NCBI GenBank assembly: GCA_963693365.1
Contig: CAVNZM010000002.1
Coordinates: 4,232,259 to 4,296,258, forward strand
DNA: 64,000 bases
Direction: 5' to 3'
Source of the DNA: Amoebidium appalachense
Taxonomy: Eukaryota > Protista > Ichthyosporea
Part shown: positions 1 to 14,333 of the stretch, in pieces
Numbering within the stretch: position 1 is the stretch's first letter
Layout of the letters: the number at the start of each line of letters is the position of its first letter
The notes under the pieces: model-generated
Seen by the model: the letters and a program-made list of their open reading frames with translations, nothing else
Databases searched by the model: none
Told to the model about the DNA's origin: nothing
Program-made: the position numbers and the translations under genes

Positions 1-195
1 TTCACACAAGTGTCCACACAGTACTCGGAGAGTCTGTTGCAACAGTCAATTGTCGTTATAACTCCCAATATTATTGTGTTACATGTGCGGGTTTATATAC
101 TCCGCCGTGATCCAGTCACCAGCCATCCAGGATTGCATCCGGGTTGACTACGTAATCCCTAGATCTGGATGGTGCGTTCCTAACCAATCATATGG

Positions 196-3100
196 CAGTT
201 AAAAACCACCACAAATTTAACTCTACATTAGTCGACACATCCACACACCCCGGTTACGCGAAAAACCGAGGCATTATTGTACTTGCCGCGCCACACGTGA
301 GAGTGAAGTGCAAACCGGTAGCAAAAACGGAATTCTCGGTTTCTATAGAGTTTCTTTCTAATGTTTTTACTTTTGTATATTACCCACCATCTATGTCGGT
401 TGCCGAATTGACTCACGAGTTGTCACAGTCAGTTACCAATGTCCACTGTTATTTTAGGTGATTTGAACACGCGACTCCACCACACAGACACACTGCAAGT
501 GAGTGTCGGGTACCCATCTAAGCCCCCCGGAGCGCGCTATCCCTTTAGCAAGGTATGTCCAAAGTCACACTTTGCGGATCCCTCAAATATCCCATGCTGT
601 CCACAACACCGACTGGGGAGTGGCCTTTTGGCAATCAACCATGTCAAAACTCTCTCTCCCTCCTAACCTCTCTAGGTCATCTGACCACTCTCCTATTCTT
701 TTCCTACCTAAGATCTCCCTTGATCTGTTCCCCCCTCCTCCTCCCACCTTTCGCCTCCGTCTATCCCAGCTCAAGTCACAGTGGGGTAGAGTTGATGTAT
801 GTGTATGCTATGCAACGAAACACCCTATATATATGCACCTATTAGAATCTGCACAAGCCAGACCAGATTCACATCTTGTACTAGATACATGCACTAACTT
901 TATTGTTGATGATTTAATAGATCTCGGTGATTATGCTGGTGGTGGTAGGAAGGAATATCCCGATGCTCTCTTGTTACCAGACACCACTCCCGCTAGACTA
1001 GGTGAGCCCGCCCTGTCTCAAAATAAAGCTTGCGCCGGCTTGCTAGTATGAATCGATTTGGCCCCCCTGCTGGTATTATTGGTGATACCACTGGAGACCC
1101 CCTCATAGACTCTGATAAGTATTTCTCGGAACTGTTTAAAAATAGGGTCCGGACCCCCGCTCAGAAACCTATTGTGTGGCCTGTAGACCCATCTATCCCC
1201 ATAGAATCGATCCTCCCCTTTTTCAGTCCCGATACCATATGGTCTGTGATATCTAGTTATAGCTCTAGTAAATCTTGTGGACCTGATGGACTTCCTGCTG
1301 GGTTTCTTAAAATCCCTGTTCCCTCCTACCCACAAAAGGAAAGTGATCGTGCTATTAAACCTGATCTTACTATTATGTTAAGCTCTCTCTTTTCTTGGTG
1401 TGTTAAATGTGGACATGTCCCGTCATCTTGGCTATGATACCTTAGTAGTTAAGAAGGACTCTGGGGGCCTCATATCATCTTTTCGCCCCATCACACTAAC
1501 CCAGGTTATTCGTAGATTCTTTGAAGCTTGCTTACTTAGGTTTTTTGCACATCACCCTAGGCCTCAATCTATTCTTCACATACACCCATGCCAATCCGCT
1601 TTTCGTAAGAACAATTCATGTTATGTTCAAATAATGGCACTGCACGATTCTATGCAAGTTGGTGCACGATATGTTGGCTTTATTGATTGGAAAACTGCTT
1701 ACGATTCTGTCTCCCCTGGTCCGACCTATGGGAAAAGCTTGCTGCACGGGGTGTACCACACTGCATTGGTGTTCTGTTAGAAGCACTCTTGTCTCAAACC
1801 TATGGTAGAGCTGTGGTTAATGGGCATCTTTCATATGGTTTTGCTCGTACTAGAGGTCTCTTGCAGGGTTCATTGCTTATCCCCTTTTTGTTTAACCTAT
1901 TTATAGATGATTTGGCTGTCAAGATCCGAAAATGATGACCCTATTAATAACTTTCCGCCTGCACTTCTCTATGCTGATGATCTGTCCCTCCTTGCCCGTA
2001 CCACTAGACACCTGCAAAGATTGTTCGATGTAGTGTCAGAGTGGTGCAAGGCAAACCTTATGATCCTTAGCATAGACAAATGTGGTGTTCTTGTACCTGA
2101 TATCTGAGCTAACAATTTACACACGTATTTACATTATCATCTAAACCTGTGCCCATAGTTCCAGAATACAAATATCTTGGTGTTCCGGTTAATTCTGTTG
2201 GTGTTATGTTTTCCCATATGGTCGAAAAGAGGGTAGAGTTGGCTCGTAAGTGGTTAGCTTTCTTCTCGGCTAATATTTTTAAAGACACACCCCTCCATCC
2301 TTCTATTAGACTTACATTTATTCGCACTTTTGACTTCCCGGCATGTGAATATGGTTTACCCCTTCTCGCCGCTTGGATCAAGAAAGAGAGAACTAGAGCG
2401 CTTAAACCCTTGGCAAATTTCCTTGAAGCAGAAGTGGCCTCCGTTCTATCTAACAACTGTTGTAAACCTGGGCTTGTAACGCTCTCGATATATGGTCTGG
2501 TCCCAATAGCTGCTAGAGTATCCCATCTCGCGCTGAAATTCAATAAGCACATACGCCGCTTAAAGAAGTATTTGCCCTCCCACCCTCTCTTCTCTATCCG
2601 ACCTGTCCCCTCCTCACCTCTCCCCTCTTTCCTTCCCTCTCTCTCTCCTTCTCCCCCGGGCACAAATACAAATAAACCCCGCAAAAGTGTGCGTGTGACT
2701 TTGGACTGCCACTTACTTACTAAACATGTACACAATCACAAGACAATCACACAATATAACAAATGGGAAAAGATACCACACGACACTAGACCCGATGAAA
2801 GCAGACGCCTTGAAAAACTAAGCCTTATGTCTCGTTTTATATATAATGACCGCCTTAACCATATTGCCAAACATGGCACTCGCAAATGTATAACACCTAA
2901 ATACATATTACCTTCCTGTAGAACCGGTCTTTCTCTAGCTGATGGTATATTTGATCAATTACCACGATTTTACTGTACACGTGCTATACAGTGGAGATCT
3001 AATAAGTATCAGGTGGCATCGTTTGCATGCCCAAACAACACAGACACACACCAGTTTAAACGGTCATGTATCGCCAAATGTAGTTTGATAGACCACTTAA

Positions 3101-3248
3101 TACCACAACACACACACGTCACATTCACAACAGACACCCAGAAAGATAGCCTACCTGTAAATTACAACATCCTTGATTTTATACTAAACTACGACCTGTT
3201 TATTAGATGTATTGATTGGCTTGAGAAACACATCACTACAAAATTCTA

Positions 3249-3249
<1 letters not shown>
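196..3249 (+). pseudogene. Frameshifted LINE ORF2 (APE endonuclease + reverse transcriptase + C-terminal Cys/His domain)
   Basis: Consecutive ORF fragments carry the motifs GDLN, SDH, SCGPDG, FRPITL, QSAFR, FIDWKTAYDSV, GLLQGS, YADD and YKYLG. At least 6 frame disruptions relative to 49089-51293(-). Confidence 0.93.
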
Positions 3250-3316
<67 letters not shown>

Positions 3317-3344
3317 CCAGCTGATACCGAGTGTCCCAGGGGAG

Positions 3345-3428
<84 letters not shown>

Positions 3429-3617
3429 GGGGAACCCCAACTAATTGATTTTTCTTAGTCTTTATGGTGTCTCGTAGAGAAAGTAAACCCTGATATATAG
3501 TCATCACCCGACATCTATGTACGTGATCATGATATACCGCTGAGGGATATTCCGAGCAAAACCCCCCCATACCTGAGACTGGTCTCTCTTTGCCTCGAGT
3601 AAACAGCGTAAACCCCA
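196..3617 (+). mobile_element. 5'-truncated, degenerate non-LTR retrotransposon (LINE family A, copy 1)
   Basis: Near-identical to the element at 47138-52500(-). Starts inside the APE domain (CAGTTAAAAACCACC) and ends at GTAAACCCCA like the other two copies. Confidence 0.95.
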
Positions 3618-5076
3618 GGTAGATATCACAATCCCATCCTAGGAATCACACGATCGATCACCTAGCCATCACACGAAGACACGCGTACCCGCTGTTGGAT
3701 GGTTACATATATCACAAACACGAATAATATGGTGATATTGGGGTTGTATATTCCAACACCGAACACAAGTGCCGCAGAGGGCCGTCAGACGAACCAACTT
3801 TAAACATACCTCATCATTTCAGCACGGAATACTATGATAGCTATGTCAGTATTAATTGATTTAGTGTGAATCAGGGGTGTGTTTGTGCCTATCCAACTAT
3901 ATTTGTGTTGATTCGATCGATGCACACATGTCGAATCTGCACACCGGTACCTTCTAAGGACGTATTTCAACTTAAGTTTCCGTCTCTAATAATTATAATT
4001 CGTATTTAAATCATAAGAGTGAACTGATCCATGGCCACTGCATCGCACCGAAAGGTACCGTCATGTGGAGGCCTCTAACCCCTGATCTGGTAGCACCACT
4101 ACCCATGGGTACGGTCCATATTCACCCCACATTTTTTTTTAAAAGAGTACACGTGCACCAGCCTGTTTTGAGCTTGCAAACCTCATGCAAACATGGTGCA
4201 TGCACACGTCACCCATGGTCACAGGAATCGAACATTTATAGTTGAACGCTTGCAGTGGCACGACACACACACATGCACCTTGCACACGCTCATACAGATA
4301 CAGCGTTACACGCACGCATTCACACACACACAAGCACGCACACACATGCACACGCACGAACAGTACACACACGCGCGCGCGTGCGTGGTCGACACGGGAA
4401 TGCGTCCCCTCCTGTAGCATGTACACCTGCACACGTCATGGCGCACACACAGAGACTGAGCACGGAGGATGCACACATGCTCATATGATCTGAGGCCTTT
4501 AATGTGCATTGAATTTTGGGAGCAGCAGTCAATGCTGCACAGGAGATATTTACTGAATATAGATGTATTAATCAATTAATCTAACCGATGATATATGCTG
4601 GCCAACGTTTCAGCAAATTCCTTCCTGCCACCAAAGGCCCAAAGAGTGCTCGTATAAAAGATGGCTTTTTAAACAGCAGACACGGCGTTTTTGGCCCATA
4701 TATATTCATTAAAAGGATTTTTACAATTAAAATATACTACTGCAAGTAGCCTTACCTAACTAGTCGACTCGGCGAGACCATAAGTATACAAAAGACCGGC
4801 TGGGTATCTCCTAAGTGCTTGGCAAATATCAAAGCTGGCAGTTTTCGATCATGGCACACCTTTTATGGTGATGCCTAAAAAAATACACTGCCTTATACCG
4901 GCAAAGCGTGGATTAATACTAGTGATATTTAATTATTACCGACTAGGTCTGTCGAATGGGTGTTGATGCGAGTGTGAGGGTAGCCGTGATGGTTGTGGGG
5001 TCTAATGCAGCCAAACAGAGGGAGTGGCAGGCAAGCAGTCGGAGCCAATCCAAGCAGGGTGGGCCTGTGTGTGTGT

Positions 5077-5173
<97 letters not shown>

Positions 5174-5399
5174 TCTTGGGAGGGAAGGTAGACGGAGGTG
5201 AGATTAAACCGGTAGAGGAGAGAAGGCAGGAGAAAACCCTGATTGATTACAACAGCCGAAAGAGCCACGTAAAGGAAACACCGGTATGGCTGATCGAGCA
5301 TGCTTACTGATTGTACATGTGACGGGCACGGTTGTAGGACAAACAGTGCATAGTCAATAATACATACACGCACTGACCTTGACCCTCTCTATCTACCTT

Positions 5400-5708
5400 A
5401 CCTTCACACACTTCTGGCAAAAAGTGAAGAGCAAAGTCCAACATTTTCCTACTACAAGACAGCAAAATGTGGACCGTGTAAACCAAAAAAGTGATCGAGA
5501 TCCTCCAATTCAGAAACATTCAACTCTCCACCCGCCCAACAAAAGCACTAAAACCTTGACTCGTGATGTCGCCTTATCAGTGTCACACTTCCTTCCGGTG
5601 TCACAATCACAACAACGACATGCATCACATTCTACATCCCCCCCTCCATCCCCCCCCCCCCCCCCCCCCCCCCCTCCCTCCCCCCCCTCTCCCCCTTTCC
5701 CATCAAAC

Positions 5709-5775
<67 letters not shown>

Positions 5776-6168
5776 ACCCACCCACCCACCCACCCACACA
5801 CACACCACCACCACACACACACACACACACACACACATACATGTACACACAAGGCGCACACGGACCCACCCATCCACCCACCCACCCTCCCATCCTCTTA
5901 TCCCCCCCCCCCCTCTCCCAACACACACACATACTTTCCCCAAAAACAATTAGACCCCAACCCCCACACTCTTCTACAGACACAAAACCCTCACCTCCAT
6001 GCTCTTGTTCTGAGTTTTGCACCAGAAGTGTTGCTGTCCTTAGTAATGCCTCACATGCCCCAGCACTGTGCAGGCATGCACACACTAGGGATGGACGGGT
6101 GATGGTTTGGTGCCACTTTGTGTTTACTAATTGGTTGAGGGTGCATCGGGATAGGCATGCCTCCAATA

Positions 6169-6202
<34 letters not shown>

Positions 6203-6256
6203 GCGCGGGGGCAGGGGGAGGGGGGGGGGGAGTGGTTTGTGTGCGTGTCTGTGTGT

Positions 6257-6323
<67 letters not shown>

Positions 6324-6346
6324 TGCATATGTGTTGGGAGAGGAAA

Positions 6347-6380
<34 letters not shown>

Positions 6381-8946
6381 AAATGGATTCGAGGATTAGT
6401 CGATACTCGGACTGAAAGGCATTACCTTGCCCCAAAATATGAACACAAAACGGAACATAAAACACATACTTTTCTTTCTTTCTCATCTGTGAAATCAAAC
6501 ATGTGGGGAAAATTGCTATGTGGTTGCTGTGTTTTCATCTCATCCACACTTTAGGTAACATTATCTTTACAAGCCCCCCCCCCCCCCCCCCCCCCCTCCC
6601 TCCCACCCACATCCGCTCTCCCGTCCCCTTCCCTTCCTCCCGAGAGCCCCCCCCCCCCCCCCCCCCCCTCCCCCCTCCCTCCCTCTCTCCCCCAGGGACA
6701 AACACAGCAGGCCATGCACCCTAATCACAAACACACACATCCCATCTTTGTCATGTTGCCTTATTTGCTCATGTCTTTCCGTTCGCTTTCTTGGTCCGCC
6801 TCTTTCCAGCAGGAAAATCAAAAGGCAAAAGGTGTTTTACACAAAGGTTTGGGTAGAAATGGGAGGGGGGGGATGGAGGGGGGGGGGGGGGGGGGGGGGA
6901 GGGAGAGAAGGAAAGTGAGCGGGAGGGAGGGCGCGGGGGCAGGAGGGAAGGGCAAAGGGGGGGAGGGGAAGGGAGGGTGGGAGGGAGAGGGGGAACATCA
7001 CATGCTACTCACTTCATGTTTGCGTTAAGGTAGTCACCAATCGAAGCCTCCTTCTCTCCCTCCCCCTCCTTTCCCTCCTCCTTGCACGCTCCCACCATTT
7101 TTAGCAGGGGACTCTCGCTCGTTTTGGAATTCAGTGACATGACAAGCATGCATGCCACGGTTGAAACTCGAGACACAGGGAGAAGGTTTTGTTTCACGAC
7201 GCTAGAAAGGAGGTGGGCCCCTAGGGACTGTTGTGGACTCAAGATTTGAAAACCAACGACTTGACGGGAGGTTCCTTTTTCCTCTTCTTCCATTTCTCCC
7301 TGGAGACAAAATCCAAAGGAAAGTTCTCGTTAGAGAAAGTAGGTAGAGGTAGTGAGAGAAATCAAAATGTGATGGTGAACGAAATCACTGGGAAAAGGTT
7401 CTAGTGATCTTGGTGTTTCGTGTGGGCACAACCCACCACCATTCGGCACAACAAGCCGCTCAACCCCTCACTATAAAACCACCTTCCCTACGCTGAACAC
7501 CACACACGATCCTAGATCTACTTTACCTTTAGCTGCCTCTCTCCCCCTCCTGCCCCTCCCGCCCATCCTCAAACAAACAAACGAAAAAACACGCACACAC
7601 GACCCCACACACGCGTACGCACGCACACACGCACACACAGACGCACACACACACACACACAGCCAAAAAGACAATCTACTTCAGTCTTGATACCCCAAAG
7701 AATTCTCAGATATATAAGAAGGTAACGTGGGGTCATGTCAAAAGCGAAGGAATCTGAGAACCAGACAATCACCTCTTTCCCAGTTTTCTTGCTTCAATTG
7801 TAAGTGGCAATGACAGGAGGGTGGGAAAGAAGACAGGGCAGCACGGAGAGAGCAACAGTGAACACACCTTAACCAGACACAGGTCCACCAGTATGGTCTG
7901 TACCAGTTTGCGCATATCAACCCCCTCCCCAAGTGACTTCACACCTGCCCCTGTGGAGAGAGATGGTGTGGGTGCAAATACATGAGCCATCCCTTCTTGC
8001 CCCTTTTTCAAAACGTACCCCCCCCCCCCCCCCCCCCCTTCTCCTCCCCTCTACTCCCATCACCCAACCACCACCACCATTGCCCGGCCTCCTCCCTCCT
8101 AACACACGACACGCCCAACAAACACAATACACGTACACCCACACCCACAACTCCCTCCTTACCCGCTCACGCACCCACACACACACCAGCACACACGCGG
8201 ACAACCGGACATGCACATGCATCCATGCCCTTGTTTTTTCTCAAAACACTCTTATCAGCGATTGGAATCAAGCGTGATTGCATGATAACCTGTGCACACA
8301 ACATCACCCGTTTGAGCACACAAGCTGTGTGATCCAAACACGCACAACCACTTGGCGCATACAGGAATCCGGGAGAAGTGCAAACATTCGGACGCCTCAA
8401 CAGCAACTACATTCTCCCAGACTGGTAAACACACAGTCTGCCATCCAAAAAAAAAAAAAAAAAAAGAAAAGAAACCTGCGTGCGAGCGCATAAACATGGG
8501 GCCCATGAATGTGTCGGTTTGGATAGATGATGGGTGGGTGCATGCTGGAGAGGGGAAGGGTTACCCGTATGGGAGGGGAAAAGAAATGACATAGAGAGAG
8601 ACAAGAAGGAGAGCGGAAAAAGCAGGAGAGAAGCACGAGAAATGAAATGATGATGTGTTTGTGTGTGTGTGTAGGGGGAGGGGGGGGGAGGAGGAGGAGG
8701 GGGGGGGGGGGAGGAGGGGGTGTCTTCGTGTGCATAAACGTACCGAAGCTACTTGCGATCTCGTAGGTACCGTGGTGTGGATGGCAAGAACCCCATTGGG
8801 CCATGCTGAGGGGGGCAAATGAAGAATACAGGGTGCCAGTGCTGAGTTTATCGGCCCAAACGTCGGCACTCGTCGATGCTTGGTCATTTTTGGAAAGTCG
8901 CTCCAAGGCCTGAAGGGGGGTGGGGAGTGTGGGTAGTGATAATGGT

Positions 8947-9036
<90 letters not shown>

Positions 9037-9308
9037 GGGAGGGGGGGGGGGGGGGGGGGGAAGAGGGGGGAATGCTTTAGAGGGTGGTAATAATGGAAGA
9101 CAAGACATCGAAAAACCACAAAAACGAACATACAAACGATGAAAACATTTGTGCCTGCAGCACTTAAACCGAGCCCACTATCAGTAGGGTTCCTAACCCC
9201 GCGCGAGGCTGATAGTGTAGGTGTTTGTGGCTAAGGGGAGGGGTTTGTACGGGTGAAGGAACCCAGTTTCAAGATCGCAAGCTCTTTCGTTGTAAGGATC
9301 ACTTCCTC

Positions 9309-9341
<33 letters not shown>

Positions 9342-10773
9342 ACACACACACACACACACACACCCACCCACCCACCCCCCCTCCCAACCCAACCACCAAC
9401 CATCACCACCACCAACCCACCTGTTTTCTATATGAAGGCATGTCTATCTGTTGGAAGAGAGGGGCTGAGGGGCTGAGGGGCAAAGGGGGGGGGGGGGGGG
9501 GGGGGGGGGAAGGGAGGGGACCCCTACCTCTTCCCACAAATCCACAGCGTTTCTGGCCAGTCCCAAGTCATCATCCGATTGGCTGGTTTGCTGGGGTGTG
9601 GTGGGTTGAGGATTTTCATTGATGGATGGGGTCTCCATGTCAGCTAGGGGCACAGCGGGGGTCGAGGAGAGGGAACGGGGACCCTGCAGTGTAGAGGGCA
9701 TACTGTTGCCTCTGCCTGCCAGAGGAGAAAACAAGAATTCAATAACTGCAATAATAGTAATGAAAGTAATGATAATGGTAATGGTAATATACCAATATAA
9801 TATCCTCAACAACGACGATTTCCAACAACAACAGCAACACTAGTAATAATTATAGTTTCAAAAAGGAAATGACGTAAGAAAAATGTCCGAAAAGCTTAAA
9901 GACAAAGGCATTGTAGCTTTGGATAAGAATAGGGAGCGTGGTGACAGCGGATCAGGAAGAGGGATGAATAGAGGGGGAGGGGGAGGGGGGTGAGGTAGAG
10001 GAATGGTCAGTACAACAAAACCAACATGTAACGTCCACGAGAAACAAACTCTGTCAAATGTGAATATGAAGCACAGGTACATTCAAAGACACACACGTAT
10101 GTGTTATATGTGAACATGAAACACGCATGTGTTAAATGTGAATATGAAGCAAGTGTACATTTCAAGACACGTGTGTGCTGAATGTGATCCTGTGGCCAAG
10201 GGGCGTGTGCATACAATATTTCTGCCTACCTGTCAGCAAGGGCCTGCCCGAAGCAGTCTGTAGGGCCTTGAGGTGTTTGGCTGCAGACAGATAGGCATCA
10301 TCATAGTCGGGGTGTTGCTGGCTGGGGGGTAGAACTAGTTAGGTATTGGGTGTTGCCATGCGACCACAATATGTACGTCTCGGTTATTTGGTGTTATTAT
10401 ATATAGTGACTACGATCTACGATATAAACGCCAGGCCATGGGTATTGCAGGAGTTGAAGCTCACTTACATTAGTTCAATCACCACTTATACACTTTAAGA
10501 TCACGAAGAGAACATGTTGGTGGGGCACACGAATGCATGTCACATAGGTGGGTGCTGTTGCCCAGTGTTCTCCTGAGGCAGCTAGATGTCGATGTCTGGG
10601 TAACCATATCCTGAGTGAATGCATGCACCTTCTGTGCAGCCTAATAAGGCGGAGCTTATTAAATATATATATTTTTGGTTGTGGTTTTGGCGGGTTGTGT
10701 GTGTACATGTGTGCGTGTGGGTATGTGTGTATGTGCAGAGGGGGAGGGGGGAGGGAGTATGTGTGTTTGTGTT

Positions 10774-10837
<64 letters not shown>

Positions 10838-10927
10838 CGTGCACTTTTTTTTTTTCCTTTCTTTTTTTACGCACGTGCATGTGTGTTTGGGGGGGGGGAG
10901 GGGGAAGGGGGGAGGGGGGGGAGGAGG

Positions 10928-10958
<31 letters not shown>

Positions 10959-11186
10959 AGTGGATAAAAAACATACAAGTGCCTAAGGTAGGCTGCAAGC
11001 ACGTTTGCAAGGTCGTTCCCAACCTCAGACCGATACAGAGCCATGGCCTTGACGGCTATCTGGCTGACCAATTGGAGCTGGCACCTGGGAACCATATATG
11101 GTTACATTGGGTCAGAGATGGATATATCTTGTATCATACTTAAACACCCGCACACACACACACACACAAAAGCACAGACACCTGCA

Positions 11187-11217
<31 letters not shown>

Positions 11218-11542
11218 CCGCGCGCACACCCGCGCACACACACGCGCACACACACACACCCCCACGCACCCACGCACGCACCCACGCACCCACCCACGCA
11301 CGCACCCACGCACGCACCCACGCACCCACGCGCCCAAACACGCTCACCCGTACCTGTTTGCAGCAATATCTTTCTCATTCTTGCACACGTTGGGTGCATG
11401 GGGCAGTTGTTTCACAAAGTCAAGAACGGCCTCTGGGCTTGGCGGCTTTGAGCAACAATACGAGCAGTCAGTGCATTTGCTTTACTTTCTTTCTTTTCTT
11501 TTTTGTGCTCCAATCTTCTGTCTTCTTCTTCCTCTTCTTCAC

Positions 11543-11592
<50 letters not shown>

Positions 11593-11991
11593 CCCCCCCC
11601 CCCCCCTCCCTTCCCCCCCGTGCACAGTTTAGGCCATTGAGTCCTAACAAACCACCGCTGTGTTGCCGGTGACGGGTTGCGAGAAACAAAAGCCCAACAG
11701 ATTTGGCTTCAAGCAAGTAGACGGCACACACAAAAGAGCAACCCAAGTTTGAAATTGGCCGACGCGATTTGTGGGGTCCCCGGGGGGGGGGGGGGGGGGG
11801 GGGGGGGGATGCATGCTCGCCTCCGATTCAAATGCCTTGTGTGTAAGGGACCCCACCCAATGTAAAAAGGGAGGTCCGAGGTGTATCCCAAACACGGTTC
11901 CAGTATGAATTCTGATTTAAAAGAGCAAGGAGAGAGGCATGCAAAAGGTAAAATCGTATATATGTGAACAAATGCATATATATGTATTCGC

Positions 11992-12028
<37 letters not shown>

Positions 12029-12356
12029 ACGGGTGTGTGTGTGTGTGTGTGTGTTGTGTGTGTGTTTGTGTGTGTGTGTGTGGGTGGGGGGGGGGGGGGG
12101 GGGGGGGTTGGTTGGTGATGAGGGGTTGATCACACACCTCCACTTTTGATTGGTCCAGAAGCATCAGGGCTGCAGCCAGTGTTGGAGCCATGACAAAGTG
12201 AGCATCGGCCATGGCAGGTGCAAGTTCATTTGAGGGCACACGTGACAGCAGTTCAGTGCACAGTTTCAACAAGTCAGTGTGGTAGGAAGATAGGCCCTCG
12301 GTCTCACTGCACAGCCACCATACGGCACCCGCAATGCCCTGAATACAGACGTGTGT

Positions 12357-12448
<92 letters not shown>

Positions 12449-12833
12449 GTGGGGTGGGGGGGAGGGGGTGGGGGGGGGGGGGGGGAGGGGGGAGAAGGGG
12501 GATGTGTCATATGGCGGCACGGGGATAGGTGGAAGGGTGGAGGACCTCAGGTTTGTTGTACATGTCCGTGTGTGTGTGTGTGTGTGTGTGCCTGTCTGTG
12601 TGCATGTGCGTGCGTGTCTGTGTGTGTGTGTGTGCATGTGTGCATGTACATGTGTGTGTGTGTGTGTATGTGTGAGTGTGTGTGAGTGTGTGTGTGTGTG
12701 TGTCTATGTGTGTGTGCGGTATCGTGATGTGCATACAAATGTGCTGCTCTTGGGAGTGCACTTTTGCAATGGAACACGACTGTGTGTATGGATGGGGCCG
12801 GCGCCGAGCACGCGGGGATAAGTTTATGTGTGT

Positions 12834-12880
<47 letters not shown>

Positions 12881-13429
12881 TTGTATGTATCCAGTGAAGG
12901 TTTAGAAAAGACCGATACAGACAAGGTAAGAAGAAAGTGGTAGAAGGATAACCAAGTCAAAAGAAAACGAATGTGCAGACACTCACACTGGACTCCTTAG
13001 ACTTCACAAGGTAGAACCAACGTGCATTAGTCTAAAATTCAATAATAAATTAGTAAACATGCAATGGGACAGCAAACCCCGCAACTGTGGCGCTGTGACA
13101 TAAGGCATCAACACAAAAGGAAAGGTCAACACATGGGAGGGCCTTATGCTTATCACGTGGAGTAACCTGCGGTTTTAGCACCTTGATTTCATTTCACGGT
13201 ATATGCCATTGTTTATTTATTTAGTTCGTAGAGCTGATTGTTATGTTTTCGTTTGTCGTTTACTTTTCTTCTTCTTCGTTTTCTTTCTTTCTTCTTCTTT
13301 TGCTACTAGGAAGAAGGTAAGGGAGAGGGGGCGGCTGTTTTTTTCTTTCTTTCTTTTTTTTTCTTTTCTTTCTTTCTTTCTTTTTTCTTTTTCTTTCTTT
13401 CTTTCTTTCTTTTTTTTTTTTTTTTTTGT

Positions 13430-13465
<36 letters not shown>

Positions 13466-13742
13466 TCATACAGGGAGAACAGAAGCCACATTCAAGTCAA
13501 GCAACTCTGTCAGCGACTGCACTGCAATTTTTTTGCCCTCCTCTGACCCCAATTGCTGTTGTTTAAGCCCCCCTGAAATTTGATATCACAATTGGATTAG
13601 AAATACGTCATTTAAAATACATGCCTAGTATGGTTTTATTGATCCGGCAAATCTTAAGGGGTTGGGTGCAGGCGAGTACACAGATGCAATAGGGAGGTGA
13701 GTAAGTAGGTGTTAGAAGGGAGCGTGTGTTTGAGCAACGCCC

Positions 13743-13793
<51 letters not shown>

Positions 13794-14100
13794 TTCCCCC
13801 CCCCCCCCTCTCCCCCCCCCCCCCCCCCCTCCCCCCTCTTCTTTCCCCAACCCCTTGCCTTTCTCAAACAGAGGGAGAGAGGGAGAGAAAGAAAAAGAGA
13901 GACTATATACAAGATAGAGCGAGAGATAAAAAAACCAGGTAAGTCATTTAGAGGGCAGGGTTATAACCAGAACAAACAGAAAAAGCAGATAACCCTTGAC
14001 AAGAGCCAAGTGCACATGCTCACCTCCTTAGTAACAACTTCGACTATATTTGTTCTGCACCGTTTGCACACACGTGTGTGGATCGTGTCAGCGCATTCAT
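5400..14100 (-). CDS. Multi-exon gene of unknown function (boundaries approximate)
   Basis: Phase-consistent GT-AG exons such as 11445-11354 ([16 protein letters not shown]...), ~11085-10979 ([17 protein letters not shown]...), 9715-9528, 8909-8744 (ALERLSKND...), ~8420-8360 (VWENVVAVE...) and 7299-7012. Further candidate exons lie near 12340-12140 and 13555-13470. The full model is unresolved and no family was recognised. Confidence 0.62.
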
Positions 14101-14232
14101 GCATGTCGCCGCGCACGAAACATCATCAAAAGGCCGGGAACGAAAACCAGAAACCGCATCACACCACCTAGAACCCCAACACAATACGATGTAAAAAGAT
14201 ACATGAACGTACAACTAGACACAACAAAGGGG

Positions 14233-14245
14233 AAAAAAAACAAAA
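14233..14245 (-). terminator. Pol III oligo-T terminator of tRNA-Leu
   Basis: TTTTGTTTTTTTT a few nt 3' of the tRNA on the minus strand. Confidence 0.7.
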
Positions 14246-14251
14246 CATTCA

Positions 14252-14333
14252 TGATGAGAGTGGGGTTTGAACCCACGCCTCCGAAGAGACTGGTGCCTAA
14301 AACCAGCGCCTTAGACCACTCGGCCATCTCACC
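14252..14333 (-). tRNA. tRNA-Leu (anticodon TAG), intronless, long variable arm
   Basis: GGTGAGATGGCCGAGTGGTCTAAGGCGCTGGTTTTAGGCACCAGTCTCTTCGGAGGCGTGGGTTCAAACCCCACTCTCATCA: acceptor stem, A box, CTGGT/ACCAG anticodon stem, GTTCAAA T-loop. Confidence 0.96.

Noticed and set aside
10057-10175. Short degenerate repeat ATGTGAAYATGAA x3
   Set aside because: Ordinary local intronic duplication with no further structure.
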